Shown: positions 12,220 through 22,304, counted from the first letter of the stretch. The stretch: DNA of 64,000 nucleotides from Acidobacteriota bacterium (GCA_003223645.1 QHVT01000004.1:59334-123333), one strand, 5' to 3'. Notes: generated by a model not told the origin, from the letters alone. A program made the numbers and translations.

Positions 12220-12885
12220 TCAGTGATAACGCCTCTTCATCTCGAAGATCCGATCACATCGCGCCGCCAAATCGGGATTGTGCGTGACGATGACGGACGT
12301 CAGTCCGCGCTTGCGATGGCACTCGCGCATGAGCTCGAAGACGCGTTCGCTGGTCTCGAGATCAAGATTACCGGTCGGCTCGTCCGCTAAGAACAACACG
12401 GGCTCCGCGAGCAGCGCGCGCGCGATCGCCACGCGCTGTTGTTCGCCGCCGGAAAGTTGATTCGGAAAGTGACGCGCGCGCGGCTCAAGTCCGAGCTCGC
12501 GCAACAAAGCGCCGGCGCGATCGAGCGCCTCCTCGCGTTTCATCCGCGCGATCCACCCCGGCATCGCCACGTTTTCGACGGCCGTGAATTCCGGCAGCAG
12601 GTGATGAAACTGAAACACGAAGCCGACGTTGCGATTGCGGAAGCGCGCCAGCGCGTCGCCGTTCATCGACGTGACTTCCTGCGCGCCGACGACGACGCGG
12701 CCGGAGTCGGGACGATCGAGACCGCCGAGGAGATGGAGCAGCGTGGACTTCCCGATGCCGGACGGACCGACGATCGCGAGCATCTCGCCCTTTTCCACTG
12801 AGAGATTCAGTCCGCTGAAGACAGCGACCGGCACCTCGGCGTTGCGATACGTCTTCGAGAGCTGCAGCCCTTCGAGAAACGCCAT
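12220..12885 (-). CDS. ABC transporter ATP-binding protein, LolD/MacB-type (lipoprotein-release/FtsX-partner family)
   Basis: 221 aa. Walker A GPSGIGKST, ABC signature LSGGEQQRVAIARAL, Walker B LFLADEPTGNLD. No adjacent FtsX permease. Confidence 0.85.
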   Translation of the reverse strand: MAFLEGLQLSKTYRNAEVPVAVFSGLNLSVEKGEMLAIVGPSGIGKSTLLHLLGGLDRPDSGRVVVGAQEVTSMNGDALARFRNRNVGFVFQFHHLLPEFTAVENVAMPGWIARMKREEALDRAGALLRELGLEPRARHFPNQLSGGEQQRVAIARALLAEPVLFLADEPTGNLDLETSERVFELMRECHRKRGLTSVIVTHNPDLAARCDRIFEMKRRYH

Positions 12886-12968
12886 TCGTCGCGATTATGG
12901 CACGCGGTACAATCAGGCCGCCTTTCGGTCTCCCCGCAGTCCAGCGAACAACCAATCGGAGGAAACGC

Positions 12969-15938
12969 ATGTCCATCTTCCACCGTTCGATCCTCGTCTT
13001 TCTCGCGCTGCTCGTCACCGTCACCGCCTTCGCCCAGGGTCTCACCACCGGCACGCTCATCGGCACCGCCACGAGCGAAGGCAACCCGCTCCCCGGCGTC
13101 TCCGTCACCGCATCCTCGAGCAAGCTTCAGGGAACGCGCTCGACGACCACCGGCGACGGCGGCGGCTTCGTGTTTCCCGCGCTGCCGCCGGGCGACTACA
13201 CCGTCACGTTCGAGCTCAGCGGCATGCAGAAGATCGAGAAGAAGGTGACGATCGCCGTCGCGCAAACGAGCCGCGCCGACGCCGATCTCAAAGTCGCCGC
13301 GGTCTCCGAAGCGCTGATCGTGACGGCAGCGGCGCCGCCCGCAGTCGAGACGGTCGAAATCGCGACCAACTTCACGCGCGACGAGATCAACCAGCTTCCC
13401 ACCGGCCGCACGATCGACGACGTCACGCGCCTCGCGCCCGGCGTCAACGAGGCGGGGCCGAACAATCAGATCGTCATCTCCGGCGCGAACTCGTACGACA
13501 ACCTCTTCCTCGTCGACGGCGTCATCGTCAACGAGAACCTGCGCGGACAACCGAACCCGCTCTACATCGAAGACGCAATCCAGGAGACGACAGTCCTCAG
13601 CGGCGGCATCTCCGCGGAGTTCGGACGCTTCACCGGCGGCGTGGTCAGCACGATCACGAAGTCGGGCGGCAACGACTTCTCGGGATCGATCCGCGACTCG
13701 CTGACGAATCCGAACTGGACGGAGAAGTCGGCGTTCACCGCGCAGGTCGATCCGATCGACGACGTCAACAGCTCGTATGAAGGAACGTTCGGCGGACGCA
13801 TCATCCGCGACCGCCTCTGGTTCTTCGCCGCCGGCCGCTACACGAAATCCGATCTCTCCCGGCAGACGACGCTGACCAACATCCCGTATGTCTTCGGCAG
13901 CGAGGACAAGCGGTTCGAAGCGAAGTTCACGGGACAAATCACGCCGAAGCATTCGCTCGTCGGCGCGTACATCAACAGTAAGGACATCCGCGAAAACAAC
14001 GTCAGCGGCGGACGCGTCGTCGATCTGCGCAGCCTCGCGCCGTTCAACCGCCCGCGTACGCTCTTCTCGTTCAATTACAACGGCATTCTCACCGACAAGC
14101 TGCTGCTCGAAGGTCAGCTGAGCCGGATGAACGACAAGTTCACGAACGGCGCGGAGACGCGTGATCTCATCGACGGCACGCTGCTCGTCGACGACGACGC
14201 CGGCGTGCGCGGATGGTCGCCGACGTTCTGCGGCTCGCCGTGTCCCGCGAAGCAGCGCAACAACCGCGGCTGGCTCGCGAAAGGCTCGTACTTCCTGTCA
14301 ACGAGATCGGCCGGCAATCACAGCCTCTCCAGCGGCGTCGAAGAGTTCCGCCAGCTGCGCAACGAAAACAATTTCCAGTCCGGCAGCGACTTCCGCATCC
14401 ACGGCAATTTCGTCTTCGTCAACGGACAGGAGTTCTTCACCGTCACGCCGGACAACGGACAGATCGAGTGGGACCCGGTGCCCGCGCTTTCGCAGACGTC
14501 CGACTTCGGCACGCGCTCGCTCTTCGTCAACGACCGATGGGACTTCACGAAGCACTGGAGCTTCAACGCCGGCGCGCGCTACGACAAAGCGTCCGGTGAA
14601 GATCAGGCCGGACACAAAACCGTCGACGACTCCGCGATCAGTCCGCGCCTCGCCGCGACGTACGACCTGCGCGGCGACGGACGCCAGCGCTTCGGCGCGA
14701 CGTACGGCAAGTACGTTTCCAAAGTCGATCAGGGACCGGCCGACAACACCGCCACCGCCGGCCGCTACGCGTCGTATTACTGGGACTACAAAGGACCGAT
14801 CATCAATCCGACAGGTACGCCGACGAGTCAGCTCGTGCCGATGCCCGAGTTGATCCGCCAGGTCTTCAATTGGTTCAACTCCGTAGGCGGCACGAACAAC
14901 ACCGCGCTCCTCAACAGCGTGTTCATCCCCGGCGTGACGACGCGCTTTGATCATTCGTTGAAGGCGCCAAGCATGACCGAGATGACGGTCGGGTACGCGA
15001 TGCAGTTCGGCAAGGGCTACATGCGCGTCGACGCGATTCATCGCGACTGGACGGACTTCTATGTCGTCCGCCGCAGTCTGGCGACCGGAAAAGCAACGGG
15101 ACCCGACGGCGATCTGTTCGATCAGGGCGTGATCGAAAACGCCAGTGCAGGTTTGAGCCGCGAATATCAGGGCCTGCAGCTGCAAGGCAACTATCGCTTC
15201 GCCCCCGCGCTGCTCCTCGGCGGCAATTACACGTGGTCGAAGCTGCGCGGCAACGTCGAAGGCGAGCAGCCGAGCTTCGCGACGACGTTCACCGACTTTC
15301 ACAACTATCCCGAGTACACCGATTTCGAGCAGAACCACCCCGTCGGCTACCTCGGGCCGGACATGCGCCATCGCACAAACATCTGGCTCTCGTACGACCA
15401 CGACCTCGGCTTCGGCCGCATGAACCTCACGCTCCTCGAGCGCTATCACTCCGCGCTGTCGTACTCCGCCGTCGCGACGATCGACGTGCGCAAAACATCG
15501 AGCAACGGTCCCGCGAACGGCGTCGTCAATCCGGGCTACGAAGTGCCGCCGTCGTCCGTCACGTACTACTTCAGCAAACGCGGCGCGTTCCGCGTCGATG
15601 ACATCACCTCGACGGACCTCGGCATCAACTATTACGCGCCCGCATTTCACGGCGCGCGGTTCTTCGTCGAGGCTGACGTCCTCAATCTCTTCTCCGAGGA
15701 GGGCATCGAAGATCCCGACTTCGTCAACAAGACCGTGCTGACGCGCCGCAACAACTCGTCGACCGCGCGCTGCCTGCAATCCGACGGCACGACTCGCTGC
15801 CTCGCGTTCAATCCGTTCACCGATAAGCCGGTCGAAGGTGTCCACTACCGCAAGAGCACGGCGTTCGGCCAACCGACGTCGGAGCTCGCGTACCAGACGC
15901 CGCGTACGTATCGCATTTCGATTGGTCTAAAGTTCTGA
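12969..15938 (+). CDS. TonB-dependent receptor with carboxypeptidase-regulatory-like N-terminal domain (paralog of 6065-9058)
   Basis: ATG 12969 preceded by ggagga. Signal MSIFHRSILVFLALLVTVTAFAQG. Near-identical domain order and many identical stretches to the first TBDR (QTSRADADLK, LFLVxGVxVNENLRGQ, ETTVLSGG). C-terminal ...YRISIGLKF. Confidence 0.9.
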   Translation: MSIFHRSILVFLALLVTVTAFAQGLTTGTLIGTATSEGNPLPGVSVTASSSKLQGTRSTTTGDGGGFVFPALPPGDYTVTFELSGMQKIEKKVTIAVAQTSRADADLKVAAVSEALIVTAAAPPAVETVEIATNFTRDEINQLPTGRTIDDVTRLAPGVNEAGPNNQIVISGANSYDNLFLVDGVIVNENLRGQPNPLYIEDAIQETTVLSGGISAEFGRFTGGVVSTITKSGGNDFSGSIRDSLTNPNWTEKSAFTAQVDPIDDVNSSYEGTFGGRIIRDRLWFFAAGRYTKSDLSRQTTLTNIPYVFGSEDKRFEAKFTGQITPKHSLVGAYINSKDIRENNVSGGRVVDLRSLAPFNRPRTLFSFNYNGILTDKLLLEGQLSRMNDKFTNGAETRDLIDGTLLVDDDAGVRGWSPTFCGSPCPAKQRNNRGWLAKGSYFLSTRSAGNHSLSSGVEEFRQLRNENNFQSGSDFRIHGNFVFVNGQEFFTVTPDNGQIEWDPVPALSQTSDFGTRSLFVNDRWDFTKHWSFNAGARYDKASGEDQAGHKTVDDSAISPRLAATYDLRGDGRQRFGATYGKYVSKVDQGPADNTATAGRYASYYWDYKGPIINPTGTPTSQLVPMPELIRQVFNWFNSVGGTNNTALLNSVFIPGVTTRFDHSLKAPSMTEMTVGYAMQFGKGYMRVDAIHRDWTDFYVVRRSLATGKATGPDGDLFDQGVIENASAGLSREYQGLQLQGNYRFAPALLLGGNYTWSKLRGNVEGEQPSFATTFTDFHNYPEYTDFEQNHPVGYLGPDMRHRTNIWLSYDHDLGFGRMNLTLLERYHSALSYSAVATIDVRKTSSNGPANGVVNPGYEVPPSSVTYYFSKRGAFRVDDITSTDLGINYYAPAFHGARFFVEADVLNLFSEEGIEDPDFVNKTVLTRRNNSSTARCLQSDGTTRCLAFNPFTDKPVEGVHYRKSTAFGQPTSELAYQTPRTYRISIGLKF

Positions 15939-15941
15939 TCC

Positions 15942-17336
15942 ATGCGACGCACGATCCTCGTCCTGCTCTGCTGCATCTCCGCAACTGCAGTTGCACAGAC
16001 GAGGATCGCGCTCACCGGCGCGACGCTGATCGATGGACGCGGCGGCGCGCCGGTGAACCACGCGAACGTCATCGTCGCCAACGGCAAGATCGAATGCGCG
16101 GGCGCGGACTGCGCGGTGCCGAAAGACGCGAAGGTCGTCGACGCGAAAGGCATGTGGATCACGCCCGGACTCGTCGACTCGCACGTGCACTTCTCGCAAA
16201 CCGGGTGGGCGGACGGGCGGCCGGACGCGCTCGACGTGCGCGCGCAGTATCCGTACGAGAACACGATCGCCGATCTGAAGACGCATCCCGAGCGATTCGC
16301 ACACACGTACCTCTGTTCGGGCGTAACCGGTGTGTTCGACGTCGGCGGTTACCCTTGGACGCTGCAGCTCGCGTCGCGATTCGAGAAGGACACGAGCGCC
16401 CCGCACATCAGCGCGGCGGGACCGCTGCTCTCGACGCTCGATCACTGGCTGAACCTTCCGGCCGAGCGGCAGTTCATCCATCTGAAAGACGAAGTGAGCG
16501 GCCGCGACGGCGTGAAGTACCTGGCGTCGCAAGGCGCGAAGGCGATCAAGGTCTGGTACATCGTCACCAACTCGCTGCCGGTCGATCAATCGGAGCCGTT
16601 CGTCACAGCCGCCGGCGACGAAGCGGCGAAGCGAGGACTCCCGCTCATCGTGCACGCGACCGGACTCGTCGAAGCGAAAGCAGCGCTGCGCGCTGGCGCG
16701 AAGCTGCTCGTGCACAGCGTGTGGGACCTGCACCTCGACGACGAATTCATCGCGCTCGCGAAAAAGAACGGCACGATCGTCACGCCGACGCTCACCGTCG
16801 CCGACGGCTACGGCCGCATGTTCGCGTCCGTCGTCGGCGAGATCGCGATCGTCCCCGACGATCCGAACCGCTGCGTCGACGCGCAGACGGTCGCGAAAGT
16901 GAAGGCGACGCCGAAGATGAAGGATCCGTCGATCACGGTCGCGCAGGTGCTGAACCGCGAGCAACGCACGCGCGAGCTCGCACAGATCGCGGCGGACAAC
17001 CTGATGGAGCTCGTCGACGCGGGCATTCCGATCGCCACCGGCACCGACGCCGGCAATCCGCTCACGCTGCACGGCGTGTCGATGTACGCGGAGATGGAGG
17101 CGATGCAAAAGGCCGGCATGACGCCGATGCAGGTGATCGTCTCGTCGACCGCCATCGCCGCGCGCGCCGCGCGATTCGACGACGTCACCGGCACGATCGA
17201 AAAAGGCAAAGACGCGGACCTGCTGCTGCTCGACGCCGATCCAACGCACGACGTGAAGAACTTCCGGCGCGTCCGCTTCGTCATGCGCGCCGGCGTGCTG
17301 CGCAGCATCGCGGAGCTCAGCGCGATGGCTCGATGA
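15942..17336 (+). CDS. Amidohydrolase-family metal-dependent hydrolase, secreted
   Basis: Signal MRRTILVLLCCISATAVAQT. Metal-binding HxH (DSHVHF), PGLVD motif, later HATG/TGTDAG motifs typical of the amidohydrolase superfamily. Starts 3 bp after the TBDR stop. Confidence 0.85.
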   Translation: MRRTILVLLCCISATAVAQTRIALTGATLIDGRGGAPVNHANVIVANGKIECAGADCAVPKDAKVVDAKGMWITPGLVDSHVHFSQTGWADGRPDALDVRAQYPYENTIADLKTHPERFAHTYLCSGVTGVFDVGGYPWTLQLASRFEKDTSAPHISAAGPLLSTLDHWLNLPAERQFIHLKDEVSGRDGVKYLASQGAKAIKVWYIVTNSLPVDQSEPFVTAAGDEAAKRGLPLIVHATGLVEAKAALRAGAKLLVHSVWDLHLDDEFIALAKKNGTIVTPTLTVADGYGRMFASVVGEIAIVPDDPNRCVDAQTVAKVKATPKMKDPSITVAQVLNREQRTRELAQIAADNLMELVDAGIPIATGTDAGNPLTLHGVSMYAEMEAMQKAGMTPMQVIVSSTAIAARAARFDDVTGTIEKGKDADLLLLDADPTHDVKNFRRVRFVMRAGVLRSIAELSAMAR

Positions 17337-17799
17337 GCGCGATGTGTCGCGCGCTCCACGCGCGGCCTCGCTTCTCGAGGATGCCGACCGATACCGGCAG
17401 GTGAAACCGCCGCGGTCCCGCGCTCGCGGGATTGAAGTACCACACGCCGTTCAGCGACGCGTTGAACTGCATGTGACTGTGTCCGAAGATCACGATGTCG
17501 GCTGGCGCCTTCTTCAAGGACGCGACGACGCGCGGCGCCGGCTTCTCCGGGTTCGGCAGGATGTGCGTGAGCAGCACGCGCAATCCGCCGACGTCCGCAC
17601 GCACGATCTCTTCGCCCGTGGCGTCGTCGTTGTTCCCTTGGACGAACGTCAGCGGCGCGATCGCGCGCAACGCATCGAGCACATGTTTACCGCCGATGTC
17701 GCCCGCGTGCACGATCGCGTCAACACCTTTGAACACGCTCGCAACTTCAGGACGAACGAGTCCATGCGTGTCGGAGATGACGCCGATTCGAAACCGCAT
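17317..17799 (-). CDS. YfcE/MJ0936-type metallophosphoesterase (phosphodiesterase)
   Basis: 160 aa. ISDTHG, HAGDIG, GNND, FGHSH motifs. 3' end overlaps the amidohydrolase 3' end by 20 bp (convergent). Confidence 0.85.
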   Translation of the reverse strand: MRFRIGVISDTHGLVRPEVASVFKGVDAIVHAGDIGGKHVLDALRAIAPLTFVQGNNDDATGEEIVRADVGGLRVLLTHILPNPEKPAPRVVASLKKAPADIVIFGHSHMQFNASLNGVWYFNPASAGPRRFHLPVSVGILEKRGRAWSARHIALIEPSR

Positions 17800-17816
17800 A
17801 CACTTACCCCGCCATC

Positions 17817-19112
17817 ATGACACTCGCAATTGCACTGGGGGTTCTCATGTCCACCGCCGCCGCCACGCCCTCGCTGGGCCAACGTATGGACCAGCGCATC
17901 GATGACGCCGCCGCGCGCGTCGAACAGAAGGTCATCGCCTGCCGGCGCGACATCCACGAGCATCCCGAGCTCGGCAATCGCGAAATGCGCACGGCGAAGC
18001 TCATCGCTGACCGTTTGCGCGAGCTCGGCATCGAAGTGAAAGAGAACGTCGCGCACACCGGCGTCGTCGGACTCCTGCGCGGCGGCAAACCGGGACGCGT
18101 CGTCGGACTGCGCGCGGACATGGACGCGCTCCCCGTCACCGAGCAAGTCGATCTCCCGTTCGCGTCCAAAGTGCGCACGACTTACAACGGCCAGGAAGTC
18201 GGCGTGATGCACGCCTGCGGGCACGACGCGCACGTCGCCATCCTCCTCGGCGTCGCCGAAGTCCTCTCCGGCATCCGCGATCAACTCTCCGGCACCGTCA
18301 AATTTCTCTTCCAGCCCGCCGAGGAGGGCGCGCCGCAGGGCGAAGAAGGCGGCGCGGAGCTGATGGTGAAAGAAGGCGCGCTCGAGAATCCGAAAGTCGA
18401 CGCCGTGTTCGGACTACACGTGACGTCGCGCTATCCCGTCGGCGAGATCGCATACAAGCCGGAAGGGATGATGGCCGCGGTCGACTCGTTCAAGATCATC
18501 GTCAAAGGAAAACAGACGCACGGCGCGTATCCGTGGCTCGGCGTCGATCCGATCGTCGTCGCCTCGCAGATCGTTCTCGGCCTGCAAACGATTCCGAGCA
18601 GACAAGTCGACTCGACACTCGCGCCGTCCGTCGTCACCGTCGGCGCGATCCACGGCGGTGTGCGCAACAACATCATCCCCGACAGCGTCGAAATGATCGG
18701 CACCATCCGCTCGCTCGACGCGAAGATGCGCGACGACATTCACGCCCGCATCAAACGCACCGTCGAGAACATCGCCGCGAGTGCCGGCGCGACCGCCGAG
18801 CTGACCATCACGACCGGATACCCGATCACCTACAACGATCCCACGCTCACTGAGAAAATGGCGCCGACGCTGCGCCGCGTCGCCGGCTCGAGCAACGTGC
18901 GGGTCGTCAACGCGACGTTGGGCGCGGAAGACTTCTCGTTCTTCCAGCAGAAAGTGCCGGGACTCTTTTTCTGGCTCGGCACGCGCCCGAAGAATCAGAC
19001 AGCCGAAGAAGCGGCGTCGAATCACTCGCCGCTCTTCTACGTCGACGAAAGCGGACTCGGATTAGGCGTGCGCGCGATGGCACACGTCGCCGTCGATTAC
19101 TTGCGACAGTAA
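17817..19112 (+). CDS. Peptidase M20D-family amidohydrolase (N-acyl-amino acid amidohydrolase/hippuricase-like)
   Basis: IHEHPELGNRE...HACGHD...FQPAEEG...GAIHGG motifs of M20D. Possible signal/anchor MTLAIALGVLMSTAAA. Confidence 0.9.
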   Translation: MTLAIALGVLMSTAAATPSLGQRMDQRIDDAAARVEQKVIACRRDIHEHPELGNREMRTAKLIADRLRELGIEVKENVAHTGVVGLLRGGKPGRVVGLRADMDALPVTEQVDLPFASKVRTTYNGQEVGVMHACGHDAHVAILLGVAEVLSGIRDQLSGTVKFLFQPAEEGAPQGEEGGAELMVKEGALENPKVDAVFGLHVTSRYPVGEIAYKPEGMMAAVDSFKIIVKGKQTHGAYPWLGVDPIVVASQIVLGLQTIPSRQVDSTLAPSVVTVGAIHGGVRNNIIPDSVEMIGTIRSLDAKMRDDIHARIKRTVENIAASAGATAELTITTGYPITYNDPTLTEKMAPTLRRVAGSSNVRVVNATLGAEDFSFFQQKVPGLFFWLGTRPKNQTAEEAASNHSPLFYVDESGLGLGVRAMAHVAVDYLRQ

Positions 19113-19210
19113 GTGGAGCGGCGCCCGCCCTCGGGCGCCGAATTGCGAGCGGCCCGAATCTGGCGCGTCCTTTCGGCGGCCGAGGGCGGCCGCCGCTCCA
19201 CAGCTAGGAG
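19113..19210. repeat. GC-rich palindromic element (GTGGAGCGGCGCCCGCCCTCGGGCGCCG ... CGGCGGCCGAGGGCGGCCGCCGCTCCAC); second copy at 25410-25470
   Basis: Long imperfect inverted repeat immediately after the M20 stop, between convergent genes. The same core GAGCGGCGGCCGCCCTCGGCCGCCG recurs after the ADOP permease gene. Confidence 0.7.
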
Positions 19211-19324
19211 CCTGCGCGGCAGAAACGACGATCTCAGGCGCGTTGCGCCGCTCGAAGTCGCAGGTCGTGACGTGGCGACAAGCATGCCGCGAGGCGGAGC
19301 AATCCACGCAGCCGCCCGTGGCGG

Positions 19325-20143
19325 CTAACGCGGCATCATCTGCTTGAGACGCGTGAAGTAGTCCGCGCCCGACAGCCACTGCCCGCCGTCGATCACGAGA
19401 TTCTCGCCCGTGACGTACGCGGCATAGTCGCTCAGCAGATACACCGCCGCGTTGACGATCTCCTCCATCAATGCGAAGCGCCGCACCGGAATCGTCTTGC
19501 GGATCCCTTCGACGATCGCCGGATCGGGAAACAGCCGCGACGACGCGCCCGGCGTATCGACCGGCCCCGGCGTGATGCAATTCGCACGGATTTTGTGGCG
19601 CGCCCATTCGACGGCTAGCGTGCGCATCATCGCCAGCACTCCCGCCTTCGCCGATGCCGAATGAATTACCCCCGGCCCGCCCGTCCACGCGTAATTCGCG
19701 ATCACGGAGAGCATCACCCCGCCCTTCCCGCTCGCAATCATCTTCTTCCCGACCGCACTCGAACAGTAAAACGTCCCGTTCAGCACGATCCCGATCACCG
19801 AGTTCCACCCGTTCACCGACAACTGATCCGACGGCACGACGAAATTGCCCGCGGCGTTGTTTACCAGAAAATCGATCTGCCCGAAATCCGTCGCGACCTT
19901 GTCCGCCATCGCGCCGACTGCTTCCGCATCGCGAACATCGAGCGCGTGATACGAAGCCGCATCCGCGCGCCCCGTCTCCGACCGGATCTCCTCGACCGCC
20001 TTTGCGAGGTTCTCCTCCTTGCGGCTGACGAGCACGACCCGCCCGCCCAACCGCGCAACCTCGCGCGCAATCGCGTTCCCGATCCCCGTGGCTCCGCCCG
20101 TGATGATGCCGACGCGGCCGGCGAAACTTTGTTCTGGAAGCAT
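19325..20143 (-). CDS. SDR-family oxidoreductase (2,4-dienoyl-CoA reductase / enoyl reductase-like)
   Basis: TGGATGIG Rossmann motif, NNAAG, YxxxK (SASKAGV). Confidence 0.9.
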   Translation of the reverse strand: MLPEQSFAGRVGIITGGATGIGNAIAREVARLGGRVVLVSRKEENLAKAVEEIRSETGRADAASYHALDVRDAEAVGAMADKVATDFGQIDFLVNNAAGNFVVPSDQLSVNGWNSVIGIVLNGTFYCSSAVGKKMIASGKGGVMLSVIANYAWTGGPGVIHSASAKAGVLAMMRTLAVEWARHKIRANCITPGPVDTPGASSRLFPDPAIVEGIRKTIPVRRFALMEEIVNAAVYLLSDYAAYVTGENLVIDGGQWLSGADYFTRLKQMMPR

Positions 20144-20154
20144 GCGACCTCTTT

Positions 20155-20565
20155 TCAGATGAGGATTAAGCCGGCGTCGGTGAAGTGCCGGAAGTCGCGA
20201 TCATATGTGATGAGGGGGACTCGCGCGTCAATGCACGCCTGAGCAATGAGACAGTCGCCGAGCGCTCCTTTATATCCCTGGCTCTTCAGCCACGCGCGTG
20301 TCAATCCTGCCCGTTTCCAATATCCGTCGCGAAGCGGCAGCAGCGGCAACACGCGAATCGTCGCGGATTTGTCGACCGGCAGCCGCGGGTCGCTGAGCAC
20401 CTCGCTTAGCACCGGAGGCGGTAAGAGGAGCCGACCCTGCTCAAAAAATCGCCGCAGCAGCGCGATTTTTTCGTCGAGCTTTCCTTCGAAGAACGCGTGA
20501 ACGGCGTTCGTATCCGCGGCAGCTATCGTTCTTCCAGCCGCAAGTTCTGCCACGAAATCGACCAC
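20155..20565 (-). CDS. PIN-domain protein, VapC-like toxin
   Basis: 136 aa with AADTNAV (DTN acidic motif), LITYDRDF near the C-terminus. Overlaps the upstream small ORF. Confidence 0.65.
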   Translation of the reverse strand: MVDFVAELAAGRTIAAADTNAVHAFFEGKLDEKIALLRRFFEQGRLLLPPPVLSEVLSDPRLPVDKSATIRVLPLLPLRDGYWKRAGLTRAWLKSQGYKGALGDCLIAQACIDARVPLITYDRDFRHFTDAGLILI

Positions 20566-20744
20566 TTCACCGTCCCGACGATTTCCAGTGCTCTTTCGTA
20601 AACGCCATCACGAAAAGCCTGCTCACATCGACGCATGGCTTCTACATGCGCCTGGTCCTTTTCCTCGGGCGTCAGTTGCGCCGCAAGAATCTCGTCCCAC
20701 AGGAGATCCGTTTGGCTTTTTTCTTCGACCTTCGCAGGTGCCAT
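20523..20744 (-). CDS. Small protein upstream of and overlapping the PIN gene; putative antitoxin
   Basis: ATG at ~20744 preceded by gaggga. 73 aa, acidic and helical (MAPAKVEEKSQTDLLWDEILAAQLTPEEKDQAHVEAMRR...). The longer listed ORF starts with TTG. Position and overlap fit a TA pair; the family is not recognisable. Confidence 0.4.
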   Translation of the reverse strand: MAPAKVEEKSQTDLLWDEILAAQLTPEEKDQAHVEAMRRCEQAFRDGVYERALEIVGTVKWSISWQNLRLEER

Positions 20745-20797
20745 GCGAACATTCTCCCTCGGTATCCGGTGATACGGCAAATGCAATAATCCCAATC

Positions 20798-21109
20798 ATG
20801 CGCGTCGTCGCTGCATTCCTCACCCTCGCCCTCCTCGCCTGCGGCGCGGAGAAAAAGGACCGGCCGGTGAGTGAGCCCGGCGAGAAGTTGTATGCAATGC
20901 GCGGCATCGTCCTGTCGCGCAGTGCGGAGGACAACTCGCTGAAGATCGACCACGAGGCGATTCCGGGATTCATGGAAGCGATGACGATGGACTATCCGGT
21001 GCGTGGCGCGAAGGTCGGGTCGTTGCCGGCAGACAGGAGTCGCATCGAAACGAAGCTCCACGTGACAGAACGGTCGTACTGGATCACGGACGTCAAAGCG
21101 GTCCGATGA
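20798..21109 (+). CDS. CusF-like periplasmic Cu(I)/Ag(I)-binding lipoprotein
   Basis: MRVVAAFLTLALLAC lipobox. DHEAIPGFMEAMTMDYPV matches the CusF H-x(n)-M-x-M metal-site pattern (E. coli CusF: HHDPIAAVNWPEMTMRF). Confidence 0.55.
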   Translation: MRVVAAFLTLALLACGAEKKDRPVSEPGEKLYAMRGIVLSRSAEDNSLKIDHEAIPGFMEAMTMDYPVRGAKVGSLPADRSRIETKLHVTERSYWITDVKAVR

Positions 21110-22280
21110 GCAGTGTGGTCGCGAGCGCTCCGGCCTCGATGCGCGTATTGGCTTCGACGACCGCGAGTCCGTTCGCGCCGGTCATCGACGTAAGCGAGCC
21201 GGAGCCTTGCGACGCGAGCGGCTGCGCGATCAACTCGCCATCCTTCGCGAAGATGCGCACGCGGAAGTAAACGCGTCGGTCGGCGGCGCGCAGCGGCGCG
21301 GTGAGTCGCACGCGCACTTCGGAGGGAAGGAGCGACCCTTCCTCGCCTGCGGCTTTCCGAAGGGCGGCAGCGACGAAGAGGTGAAAGGAGACGAAGCAGG
21401 AGACGGGGTTCCCCGGGAGTCCGAAACAGATCGAATCGCCGAGACGCGAGAGGACGACCGGCTTGCCGGGCTTCATCGCGACTCTCCAGAACTTCGTCTC
21501 AGCGCCGAGGGCGTCGAGCGCGTCTTTGACGAAATCGAACGCGCCGACGGAGACGCCGCCCGACGTCACGATGAAGTCGCACGACGCGGCTTCGCGCAGC
21601 GCGGCGATCGTCGCTTCGCGCGTGTCGGGCACGATGCCGAGGACGCGCGGCGTGGCGCCGGCGGCGCGGACGAGCGCAACGAGAAGCGGCGCGTTGGTGT
21701 TGACGATTTTTCCCGGCGCGCGTGACTCGGTGACGTCGATCAGCTCATCGCCCGTCGAGAGAATCGCGACCTCCGGTTTGCGTCCGACTTCGACCGAAAC
21801 TTTCTGCACGCCGGCGAGCACCGCGATCTCTGCTGCGCCGATGCGCGTGCCGCGCTTCAACACGACGTCGCCCGCGCGCATGTCCTCGCCTCTTTTGCGA
21901 ACGTTCGCGCCGCGCGCCAATGCGCTCTGCACTTCGACGAAGTCGACCCCGCCATTGGTCAGCTCGACCTGCACGACCGCATCCGCGCCTTCGGGCACAT
22001 ACGCGCCCGTCATGATGCGCATCGCCGTTCCGCTCTCGACGCGCGACGTTGCGAGATGTCCGGCGGCGATCGTCTCGATCACCCGCAACCGCCCCGGCAG
22101 ATCCTCCGCGCGCACGGCGTAGCCGTCCATCGCGCTGTTGCCCGCCTCCGGCGCGTCGAACGGCGCGATCACGTCCTCTCGCAGCACACGGCCGAACGCG
22201 TCGTCGAAACGCACGCTCTCCGCGCCGAGGATCGCCACTTCGGCAAGCACGCACGCCTGCGCTTCTTCGACTGTGAGCAC
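21093..22280 (-). CDS. moeA: Molybdopterin molybdotransferase MoeA
   Basis: DGYAVRAED, MoeA N/linker/MoCF-biosynthesis domains, GG...GD motifs. The listed ORF extends to 22433 through repeat-derived MADGGWR sequence; a GTG at ~22280 (VLTVEEAQ) is the more plausible start. Confidence 0.85.
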   Translation of the reverse strand: MLTVEEAQACVLAEVAILGAESVRFDDAFGRVLREDVIAPFDAPEAGNSAMDGYAVRAEDLPGRLRVIETIAAGHLATSRVESGTAMRIMTGAYVPEGADAVVQVELTNGGVDFVEVQSALARGANVRKRGEDMRAGDVVLKRGTRIGAAEIAVLAGVQKVSVEVGRKPEVAILSTGDELIDVTESRAPGKIVNTNAPLLVALVRAAGATPRVLGIVPDTREATIAALREAASCDFIVTSGGVSVGAFDFVKDALDALGAETKFWRVAMKPGKPVVLSRLGDSICFGLPGNPVSCFVSFHLFVAAALRKAAGEEGSLLPSEVRVRLTAPLRAADRRVYFRVRIFAKDGELIAQPLASQGSGSLTSMTGANGLAVVEANTRIEAGALATTLLIGPL

Positions 22281-22304
22281 GCCGCGATCATACGCAAGTG
22301 CCGG

